Assembly: GCF_009914755.1 (NCBI RefSeq)
Contig: NC_060925.1
Strand: one strand, 5' to 3'
DNA: 64,000 bases
From: the human T2T-CHM13v2.0 reference genome, Homo sapiens
The position numbers and the translations under genes are program-made. The stretch's first letter is position 1. Each line of letters starts with the position of its first letter. Under the pieces are notes generated by a model. That model was not told the origin of the DNA. It searched no databases and saw only the letters and a program-made list of their open reading frames with translations. Below are positions 50,437 through 64,000 of the stretch, one piece after another.

Positions 50437-52068
50437 ATCATCATGTCTACACCACCCACCACCATCACCCCTATCCTCCAGCTTCTGCTATAGCCTGGGA
50501 GTTCCCAGCCTTTTAGTCCCTGTCAGGATAGTTTCATTCTTGTTCAGCTTTGGGGCCCACACAATTTCAGTACAAAAGGGGTATGCCCATCTCACCCTGG
50601 GCCTTGATAGCATGCAAGAGCATAGTTCAGGCCCTCATCATCTATTCCCTTGTAGTAGAAGGGATGGAGGTTGGAAAGACCTTAGAAATCTTCCAGTCTG
50701 GTTCTCTTGTTTTGAAGGTGTGAAAGCTGAGGCTCATAGAAGGGGAGCAATTTTTCTGAGGTCACAGAGCAAGTTAATGGAAGAGTGAACTAGATTCCCT
50801 GTCCACAGACTTCAGGTTCTGTAATCCCAGAAAGGACTTCTTGAATTTGGCATTGAGTTCTTAGGATGGGAGTCAGGTAGATGAACAGATGGAGTGAGAC
50901 AGATGAAATTGGATAACCTAGCATAAAATGCCATGTGAAAAGAAGGTACGCAACTCATGGCCCGACTGTCTACCATGTTACATCAGGAATAACTGAGGTG
51001 AGATCATGGGAAAGACTTCTCACATATGTATGTTAGGGGTACAAGATCTGTGGTCAAAATGGGCTGTGTGATCCCAGACAAATCACTTACCTTTTCTGAG
51101 CCCCAGTGGTAACTCAGGATACCCTACCTGCAGGCTTGTGGAGAGGATGGAGGGGGTGGTGGGAGAGTACTTGTGAACTGTGGGGTGACATGAATGTTGT
51201 CAGTTGTCAGGGAAGGCAAGTCATGTCTAGTGGGACTGAGATAGAGCTACCCTGCAGTGCAAAGGTAAGGGGTAAGCCATGATGCTCACCCCTCCCACCC
51301 CCATCCTTGGGAGAGAAAGGGAGGAACATAAACTTCCAGTATGCTTGATACAAGCAACAGTTCTCCCTGGGGGTGGGCAGCAGGTTCCTGTAGACCCCTG
51401 GGGTGCCCAGAGGCTGTGGGAAGCTGAGCACTAATTAGCTCTGGCTTTCTAATCGGGCTTAATTGCCTCCTCATGATGGGCAATTAGGAAGCTGCATCAA
51501 TTAGCACAGGGAGGTGACAACTCAGCTGGGGTTGGTCAGGGCTCCCCGTTGGCAGGGAGGGAGGCAGGCAGGCAAAGGCTGCCCCACTGTCAGCCCCTTC
51601 CTTCCCTTTGAAGGAGAGGGCCCTGGAGCCCTCTCCTTAGCAATTAGGCCTTAGTTCCTTAGCTCCTAGGAGCTACTAGCCTTCTAGGCCTGGATTGTGG
51701 CTTTTCTGGCCTTGGTTTATTCACCTTCACTGGCTCTCTGACTTTTCTGCCCAGAGGAGACTTGCATTCTGGGCCTAGCTCCACCACTGGCTGCTTTGCA
51801 ACTTTGGGGTTGACAGCTATGGAGTCAAGGTTGAGAATGTGGCCTTTGAAGCTAGGTCTCTAGGGTTTGAATCCCAGCTCCACCGTTTATTAATTGTGCA
51901 ACATTGGACCCTTTGTGCTTTGTTTTCTCACCTGTAAAATGGAACTGATAATAAAAGTTCTGTCCTAGCTACACATGAGGCTGGGGCAGGAGGATTGCTT
52001 GAGCCCAGGAGTTTTAAGGCTGCAGTGAGGGACAATAGAGTAAGACACCATCTCTAAAAAATAATTTA

Positions 52069-52379
<311 letters not shown>

Positions 52380-53199
52380 TCAATTACTAATCAAAATATC
52401 CAAGACTTTGGGCATTTGCAGTTTTGAAAGCCCCCTTCCTCCAAGCAATGTTGATGCCCAGTGAGGGTTGAGATCACTAGATGAATGGTCTGGAGGGCTC
52501 CATCCAGCCTGGCATAGCACCTCCCTGTCACATACCACTCAGGACCCCTCTGCATAGCCCTGGAGGTGCTGCACTTTGGAAGAGAGCTCATTACCACCAG
52601 TGTGGCTGGAAGCAGGTTCCTCTCCACTCACTTAGAGGGAGTTCTCCTCTATAAAATGAGAATAATGACCTTGCCATGCTCACCTCCCAGGGCTGCCCAG
52701 ACATAATGTTTTACTAGTGATAGGACCTGCTTTATAGGTAGGCAATTATATTGTTCCTTCCCTTGAAAAACTTTTATCGAGGTCTAGTGCACACCCATCT
52801 CCTTTACACATGGTGACTATGGAGTTAATAATCTCCTGGAGGGACCTGTCCTGAACCATCAGACAAGTTAGGTCATAGGGCCAACCCCCTTTTTTAGCTC
52901 CTGCTGGTTATGAAATGAGCCAAGGAATGGAAAGAGCCTAGAACAGGTCCTGACACATGGTGAGTGCTCTCTAAACAGTAGCTCTCCTTACTATTGTTAT
53001 TGTGACCGTGCCCCAGGCTAGGTTGGAGGGAGGCCTGGTTGCAGTGCACACAGGGAGCTCAGATGAAGGGAGGCAGTGAAGGTGGGGCCTGCAGGAGGAA
53101 GGGGAGTTTAGAATGAGGTGCTGAGGAGTAAGGTGTGTGGGAAGAGTAGAGGAAGGAGTAGAGCACATCGAGGTTGCTGGTTGGTGAGGGGGCTATGAT

Positions 53200-54450
53200 G
53201 AGGATACTCTACTCAAACATGTATTGAGAACCTTTTGTGCACCAGGCACTGTGCCAGGTGCTGGCAGAGCACCAGATCCACCCAGTCTCTACCCTTGAGG
53301 AGTCCCTCTAATGGGGGAAGACACACATACACAGACAATGTCACAGACAGTGTGACAAGGGATACTGGTGGCGAGTGGGGACATTTAATCCAGACTTAGT
53401 GGCACTTTTAGCTGAGCCTGGATGATGAGTAGGAGTTGATCAGAGGGTAAAGTAAATGCCATGTCTGGAAAAATTAGTCAGAAAGCAATGAGAGAGGTTG
53501 AGATTGCTGGAATTTAGATAAGGCTAGAGATGCAAGCAGAGCCTAGGTCTCGGAGGGCATTACAAGTCAGGTCAAGGAATTTGGACTTATCCTAAATACA
53601 ATGTGGAGCCACTGTTAGTTTAAAGTCTTCTGGAAACAAAATGAGGCTTTCATTTTGAAAAGATCGCTGTGGGCTGGGCGTGGCACCTCACGCCTATAAT
53701 CCCAACACTTTTAGGAGGTCAAGGTGGAAGGATCTCTTTGAGCCCCGCAGTTCGAGAATAGCCTGGGCAACAAAGTGAGACCCCAGCTCTACAAATAAAA
53801 ATAAAAATAATTAGTTGGTTGTGGTTGCATGAACCTGGTCCCAGCTACTCAGGAGGCTGAGGCAGGAGGATCACTTGAGCCCATGAATTTTGGATTGCAG
53901 TGAGCTATGATTGCACCAATGCACTCCAGCCTGCTGGATGACAAAGCAAGATCCTGTCTCAAAAGGAGAGAGGGAAGGAAGGAAGGGAGGGAGGGAATCA
54001 CTGTGGGAAGGAGAAACAATGGGAGCAGAGGCAAGGGTGGAGGCAGAGAGACTGGTTGGGAGGCTGCTGCAGTTACCCAGGAAGGAAGGACGGAAGGAAG
54101 GAAGGGAGGGAGGGAGGGAGGGAGGGAGGGAGGGAGCGAGGGAATCACTATGGTTTATAGAGGAGAAAGGATGGGAGCAGAGGCAAGGGTGGAGGCAGAG
54201 AGACTGGTTGTGAGGCCGCTGCAGTTATCCAGGTGGGGGTTGGTGGTGAGCAGACCAGAGAGCTGGAGGTAGAACATAGAACAGATAACAATTCTGGAGG
54301 TAGGAACCACAAGGACTTGGGGGCTCATTGGCCAAGGGAGATGAAGGAGGAGAGGCTGAGGAAGGAGGAGCAGAGTGAAGCTGTGTGTTGGGAGACATGA
54401 ACTCCATCTGAGATATCCAAGGAGTGATGATGAGTTATGGATGCTTAGGA
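53200..54450. mobile_element. L2 with inserted AluJ (53671-53964, +) and GGAA/GGGA microsatellite
   Basis: L2-like ggaatttggacttatcct...gagccactg and gaggctgctgcagt; Alu consensus. Confidence 0.75.
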
Positions 54451-57400
54451 ATCACTCCTGGTCTGGGAATACTTGGGGTCATCTTCTAAGAATTCTCAAG
54501 AGTGGAAGGCCACTCACCCTTGGCCCAGTGCCAGGCCCTCGCCTTCCCTAGTCTCTCTGGGACAGGCTGGGAATTCCTGGCTCAGAAATACCCTGTTGGG
54601 GCAGGCCGGCCTTGATGCTCCCCAGCCCAAAGGGAGGAATGTGCCTGTGCACCTGCTCCGTGATACACGGGGGCGGGACAGTGGAGTGGAGGTGAGTGAA
54701 TTCAGGGGTGTTCCTCACTTCCCCCATCCTGGACTTCTAGGCTCAGTTGTGGCCCCAGGAATGGATTCTGAGTAAGAGGCCAGAAAGCAAGTTCTCTGGG
54801 CCTGGGGTACAGAGGGCAGCAAGGTACAGTTGACATACCGCAGACACCCAGGCAGGGCAAGGGCACCCAGGTTTCAGTCCTGGTTCTGTCACCTCTGGTT
54901 AGGAGCTGTGAGCACCCAAGGGCTCATTCTTGTCCTAAAACTGGGTCTTCAAGATGGTTTGGTTTAGGTGGTGTGAATGAACCCTTCCATCTCCACCCTC
55001 GAGAGAGCTGAATTTTCCCCCACCCGAGGCGTTCCACAGTGGGCAGAACGCCGCAGCCCAGTCTGCCCTGGCCCACCCAGTGCTCATCTCCATTTCCAGC
55101 CCCTCCTGGGCGCCTCTGGCCTCCTGCAGCCGGCTCTTTGCGCTCCTTCATTAAGCTTTGGTTTCTGTGGGAATGTGACTTGAATTAACTCTTGGGAGAA
55201 AAATCACAGAAATCAGGAAAGGGGGGCCATGGGGAGGGGGCAGTGAGTCACGTTTCCATGTGTATTTTTCAAACTTTCCGATGGGAGTTTGGAAAACAAC
55301 AGTCTTTTGGTTGCCAGCTTGGGCCCAGCTCTCCAAGGGTCCCATATGCTGTGTCTATAGGTCTTCCCGTAACTGCTGCGTCCCGGCCCACCCTTCGGGT
55401 CTGCCTTATTTCCTGGGATCCCTTCCCACTTCTCCCTGGGGACTTGTGCTGTTGCAGAGGCACTGAGAAGTCCATCCCGTGGTGCAGCTTCCGTCTCTCC
55501 CCTGGTTTCATTTCACAGCCAAGCCCTCATCTATCCTTGCCTCAAGGTGGACCCATGGGGGCTGCAGCTGAGCTGGGGACTTTGTCCCTGCAGCTGCTCT
55601 GGCCAACCCTCCAACCCTGGAGAACCTCCATAGGCACCAGGAAGTCCTGGGCTCTAGGAACCTCCTTCCTGCCCCCACAGCTTCCTCTTTGTGTCCTGCC
55701 TACCAGTCCTTCCCGCCCATCTCTGCATCCCAGTTTCCAGAGGGCCTGTGGCTGAGGGTGAGAAGCCAGCGATCGACCCCCAGGGAGAAGTCTTGCAGAG
55801 GAGGGTCCTCATCCTAATGAGGCCGCCAAGGAAGAGGGCCCCCAGTATGCCCCTCTTGTGTGCTGGGCCCTCGCACTTCCTCTGTCTGGGACTCCTCTAA
55901 CAGCTGTGGGGAGGGTGCCAGGATCCCCATTTTGCATACAGTAGCTGAGGCTCAGCCAGGAAAATGGGTGGGAACCTTAAGGATGGTGGGCAGATGGTGG
56001 CCCCCTTGAGGAGGAGATGGGAGGGCAGCGCATACCCCTAGCCAACCCCTCCTTGCAAGCCCTCATTCGGGCGGGGAGAAGGAAGGGGTCCTGGACTAGC
56101 TCTCCTGTGTCCCCTCTCCGGGGGCTGCCCCCTCCCAGTTTCTGACTAATCCTTTCCATCGGCAGTGGCATGTCCTGCCCCTGCTGTGCCTGTGCCAACA
56201 ACAGCCCACATCACAGGGCCACATCTGGCTCCATTTGAACATACCCCACCCTCCCTGCTCTTTATCCCTCAACGCCCTCCCCTGCCCAAGGACCAGAGTA
56301 GGGAGTGGCCCTCTGGACCCCCTTCTCTGGCTCCACCAGCCCTGCTCCCCTGCCCTTTCGAAGCCTCTAGTGGAGTCACTCCTTTCCTTCCCCGAACCCG
56401 GCCTCAGTTCCTGGGACATCCTGGCTCCATTCTTCAGCACACCCTCCCTCATCATATCCACACTCCTTGGCTCCCCCCTTCACAGCCCCCACTGAAGGAG
56501 GGATTGGGAAGGGGACATTTTGCAAGGTCTGAGCCCCAAGAGATGTCCCAGAGTAGAGGGAAGGCCTGGCAGCCCAGGGATTTTCCCTTAGCCCAGCTCT
56601 CTGGCATATTGCCAGCTTGGGCGTGTTGGGCGGCAGGGGTCGGGGTGATCCCAAGAGGTGCGTGTATGGAGGGGTATAGCTCAGCCTCCCAGCTCGGGTG
56701 GGGAGCGGTGGCTCAGGCCTGTGTAGGCTGGCTTTTGTTGGGGAGGAGCCTGGAAGGGCCTGCAGCTACTGGCCTCCCTCCTCCTTCCTCCTTGCTTAGC
56801 AACTGTTGTCGTCTGGTAAATATTTGCCCCAACAGGATCTGGGGCTGGAGCACTGGCGTCAGCCGAGGTAGTTGCCCCCTCCTCAATTTATGAGTCTCCC
56901 CTCTGTTCAGTTCCCTATTCCAGAGCCCCCTGGACTGGATTCTAAATGTGGTCCTCACCCCCTCCCTCATGGTTGATTTCCTCCCCAACCTCTTCCCTGT
57001 CTCCCTTTTACTCTCCTTCATCCCCACTCATCCTCTGTGCCCAGGTCTCTCTCGTCCATCCTCCACTCCTGGATCCATTCACCAAGGGGCCTGAGTGAGG
57101 TCCCACCCCCTAAGCCACACAGGTCCTCTGCTTCTCCCCCGCTACATCTCACTGGGACCCCAGCCTGGCAACGGCTAGTGCGTCGTCGGTGCTCAGTTAG
57201 CCCCAACATCTCTTTCCTTTCCTCCAACAGGAAACACACCTTCCACCTCTAAACCTTAGCTCCACCAAGCTCCAAGGGGAGAGAAGAGAGGGCATATGGG
57301 AATGTTTTGCTGGACCCCATACTGCACTCCCAGGCCAGGAAGCTCTGCATCAGGAAGCCAGCACCATTTTCACCTCCTCTGGGGTAGGACTGAGGGGACC

Positions 57401-58070
57401 ATGGCCAAGAGGAAACAGATGCCCCCTTAGCTCCTCCCTGGGTAGCCTGAGCGGGCCAGGGCCTGAGAGCATGCCAGTTTTAGCCTGTCTTCCTGTCCTT
57501 CCCAGCCAGACCCCTCTCACCCTCCTCCCCCAGTGGTTTTCTCATTACCTGTCACTGACGGAGAGCCCCTCAGAGGTCAAGGCCAAAGTGAGGTGGGCTC
57601 TTGGCATGCTGTGCAAGCTTGGAGCTCACCCGGCAAAGAGGGCCAATGGGGTGCTCCTCTGGGGCGGGCCTGTGGGCTGGCTTAGGGATAGCAGACAGGG
57701 GAATCTGGGGAGTTGGACTAATGTGGATCTAGAAGGGAGGTGGTTGGGCTGCACGATGCCTTAAGACTCCTCCCAGCTCTGAAGTTCTACTTCTAGGCAA
57801 TGAATGATGAAACGCTGGCCCAAGTGCAGTCCCTTCCCCATCCCACAGGGCGGAGACCCCAGCCATCCCCTTACTCTACTTGGCAGCCCCCCTCCCCACT
57901 CCTCCTGAGAGTGCCCCTTGCTCCACCCCAGCGGCCAGGAAATCTCCTGCAGATTCACCACCACCCTCCTGGCTGGGAGTTCACTTTCCTAGTTGACCTC
58001 CTGGCCTGAGGGCCAGAGGAGAGCTTTCAACGGGGACCTTGAGGAGTGTGAGGGCTGCAGGGGCTGTGGA

Positions 58071-58709
<639 letters not shown>

Positions 58710-58739
58710 GGTTGAGGGTGAGGGAGAAAGGGAATCCTT

Positions 58740-59160
58740 TTCTGCCTCACTTCCTGGAAATGTGTAGGGGCGTGAGCTATGGGGCGAGGGGGCCCTCTCC
58801 TCCAGCTCCAGTCCTGGAGTTGTGGCGCTTCTGTTTGTTTCCTTGGCAACAGGGAAAGGAAACCCCCATTTAGGAGGCCGGGGAGGCCCCAGCAACCACA
58901 CACACACAGAGACACACAGACTCACACGCGGCCGCCCACACGCAGTCGCCTGCGTCAGCACCAGCCGTCAGGCCCTCGCTGCCCGCCTGCGGGGTGTGGA
59001 GTGGGGAGAACAGCCCCGCCTGAATCCAGTCCGACTACCCGCCCCTACTGATTTGCCTGGGACGCCGCCGGCCCACATGGCCCCACCCACGCCTCTGTCC
59101 CCACCCCCCCACCGCCCCCGGCAGCGTTCCCCCCTTAACACCTTCCCCCAGGTGGTGAGG
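58740..59160. promoter_or_regulatory. Small CpG-rich promoter/enhancer-like element
   Basis: ETS CACTTCCTG ~58748, RFX X-box GTTTCCTTGGCAAC 58837-58850, TGCGTCA 58951-58957, GC boxes, local CpG enrichment. Confidence 0.55.
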
Positions 59161-60241
59161 GGCCAAAGCTCGGGGATGGACAAGAGAAAGGAAGGAGATG
59201 TCACTGCTGAATTTCTGCTGAATTTCCTTCTGCCTGCTGCCCGATTTCTATTTGACTGGCAATAGTCTGGTGTGTATTGTGACAGTTCAGGGAGCCTGAG
59301 ACTCACAAGTGAGGTGGCGATTTGGGCCTGGTTGGGTGGGGGAGGTGGTTTGGAATGCCGGGAATGGAGCTCCTGGGGAGACTGTAGGATTTTGCTGTTG
59401 GATTGGGTTCCTTGGGATCTGGGTCGAAGAGGGAAAGAGTATATTTAACCTGGAGGCAGAAACCTGGGGTTTGGGCCTGCTTCTGTCACTTGTCAGCTGT
59501 GTGGCCTGGAGACAATCAGTTAGCCTGCCTAAGCCTCTGTCTCCTCAGCTGTAATATGCAGATAATGGTGCTTGCCTGTGCACCTCAAAGAAATTTGAGA
59601 AGGCTAAGGTAGTAACCTTGATTGTGAAAAGCTTGTCACCGGGGGGACTGGGGCAGGTGGGAGGGCTTGGTTACTACTTATCCAGTCGCCCCTCCAGCCC
59701 CGCTGGCTCAGTGAGCCCAGCAGCCACTTCCCGACTTTGTAGGAACCCATGCCAGTCCCTAAGTGGACCTGCTCTTTGACATCTGTCCAGTGTGGCTGCC
59801 CTGTCTCCCATGGCAGCGTGGCACTGAGCTGCAGTGCTGTCTTGGAGGTTTTGACCCTGCCTGGCTGTGTGACTTTGGGCAAATCTTTCCTCCTCTGGCC
59901 TCAGAATTCCACTTATAAAGAAAGGGGCTTATTCCTCAGAGCCCAGGGGCCTCCTGGAAGTGGGCTGGGGGGATCAACCAGGCAGGGGCCTCAAGCTCCC
60001 TAAGTAGAGAAGCTCTGCCTCTGTCATTTAGTAGATTGTGCTTTTTGGGTGAGATTTCATTTGAGTGAGGGGGATCTCTGACTTTACAAATAGCTGTCAT
60101 TCACTTGCTCCATCTAAGGGCCCGCTTCTCACCCGGCACCACCTATGAGCCTGCCTCATTCCCCCTTGCTGAGCCTGAGAAGAAATCTACTCAGCTGTGC
60201 TACCTCAGGTCAATTACAACCTCGTGGAGTTTGGGTTGTTG

Positions 60242-61472
<1,231 letters not shown>

Positions 61473-62228
61473 ACCTTAAATGAATAATTTAACCTTTCTG
61501 GGCTTCAGTTTCCTCATCTGTAAAATAGGGCTATTAATAGTATCTACCTTGTAGAGCTATTGTATTGGTCCAACAAAATAATGCAAGTACCTAGTGCCTA
61601 ATAATAAAGGTAGTCCATAAATATTCCCTACACGAATGGTTCTTAGCATGCCTCTGGAATCCCTCCTGGCTTCATCACTGGGCTGAACCCACCGGACCCT
61701 AGTTTGGCTTATTTCTTGCCAAGGCCAGTGCTCCTGATTCTTTCTTCACTGGTCTTGATGCTTTCCTTCTCTCCTTGACCTCAAGGCCTATCAAGCAGCT
61801 GGAAGCCTCTCCCTCAGGCCCCATCCCAGCACCAGGCCCCTGCCTCCACCTCCCACTTCTCCCTTCCCGTCTCTCTTCCCCCTCTTTCCAGCCTTACCTC
61901 TAGTGGCTCCCCATGCCCCTTGGCAGGTCAGAGCACACTCAGCTTTTTCCCACTTCAGCATCTCTGCACAGACTTCCTCCAGCCAGAGTGGCAGAAGACA
62001 GAGAAGCATGTCCAGGATTTGGACCAGACTGCCTGGTCCCAGTTCTGCACTGGGCCTGTTACTTACGGCCTAGTTTTAGGAAAGTCAGCCTCATCTGCAA
62101 AGCAGGGAAATAATTTCCAACCCATGAGGTTGTTGTATGGACCCAGTTGAGAATGTATGAAAACATGCAACAACTATAAAGATTGTTAAAATGTAAGTTA
62201 TTCACTGTGTGAGCATTATTCTGCTAAA

Positions 62229-62244
62229 TGTATGCATGTATGTA

Positions 62245-62288
<44 letters not shown>

Positions 62289-62302
62289 CACACATATATA
62301 TG
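62229..62302. repeat. Compound (TG)n(TA)n(CA)n microsatellite next to an antisense AluJ (62306-62597)
   Basis: Seen directly. Confidence 0.92.
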
Positions 62303-62317
62303 TAATTTTTTTTTTGA

Positions 62318-62509
<192 letters not shown>

Positions 62510-62928
62510 TGAACTCCTGGGCTCAAGCAATCTGCAATCTGCCTGTCTCGGACTCCCCAAGTATTGGGATTATGGGTGTGAGCCACCATGCTCAGCCTCT
62601 GCTTTATATTTTTATTTCCATAGCTCCTACCGTGTTCTAACAAACTATAACTTTGTCTTTGGTTTATTGACTGTCTCCCTCCACTAGAATGTCAGCTCCA
62701 TAAGGGTAGGGATTTTTGTCTGTTTTATTCACTTCTGCATCCCTGGTGTCTAGAATAGTTCCTGGTATATAGTAGATGTTCAATAAATATTTGTTGAATG
62801 AATGAATTCTCTGTGTATAAGGCAGTTCTGTAAAGCCCCTAAATCTTCCTTCTCCAAGAAGCCCTCCTTCAAATGTATGTAACCTTATTTAGTTATTGCA
62901 CATCCCCATTTTACAGATGATGAAACTA

Positions 62929-63957
<1,029 letters not shown>

Positions 63958-64000
63958 TCACTCATGCATGCTCCAGCTCCCAGACTTCTGGGATCCCTTT

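Noticed and set aside
55192-56893. 187-aa and 242-aa ORFs upstream of LMNA
   Set aside because: Non-ATG starts, no homology I recognise, no convincing exon structure

Overview
Human genomic DNA, recognised from its proteins as chr1q22. Gene order: the first five coding exons of UBQLN4 (-, rest lies left of the window), head-to-head with LAMTOR2 (+, 4 exons, 125 aa); RAB25 (+, 5 exons, 213 aa); MEX3A (-, 2 exons, 520 aa, ~4.5 kb 3'UTR) converging on RAB25; then ~29 kb of repeat-rich non-coding DNA that I interpret as the distal 5' region of LMNA (no LMNA coding sequence in the window). All exons were placed by hand from GT/AG boundaries and exon lengths sum to intact reading frames. The window holds about 50 Alus plus MIR, L2, hAT DNA transposons and an old LTR; nearly all other ORFs in the track are Alu-derived or GC-rich shadow ORFs. 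I found no new gene or system. The most unusual signal is two exact, direct-orientation copies of nearby unique DNA (73 bp and 22 bp, donors 1.2-1.3 kb away) inserted at nearly the same position of two different Alus, with further fold-back and microhomology scars in other Alus. Other leads: a MIR-derived cassette exon carrying uORFs, a homeodomain-site cluster, two co-oriented CTCF sites, triple ZNF143 motifs, and a latent U1 site in the LAMTOR2 3'UTR. Repeat boundaries and subfamilies are by eye and approximate.
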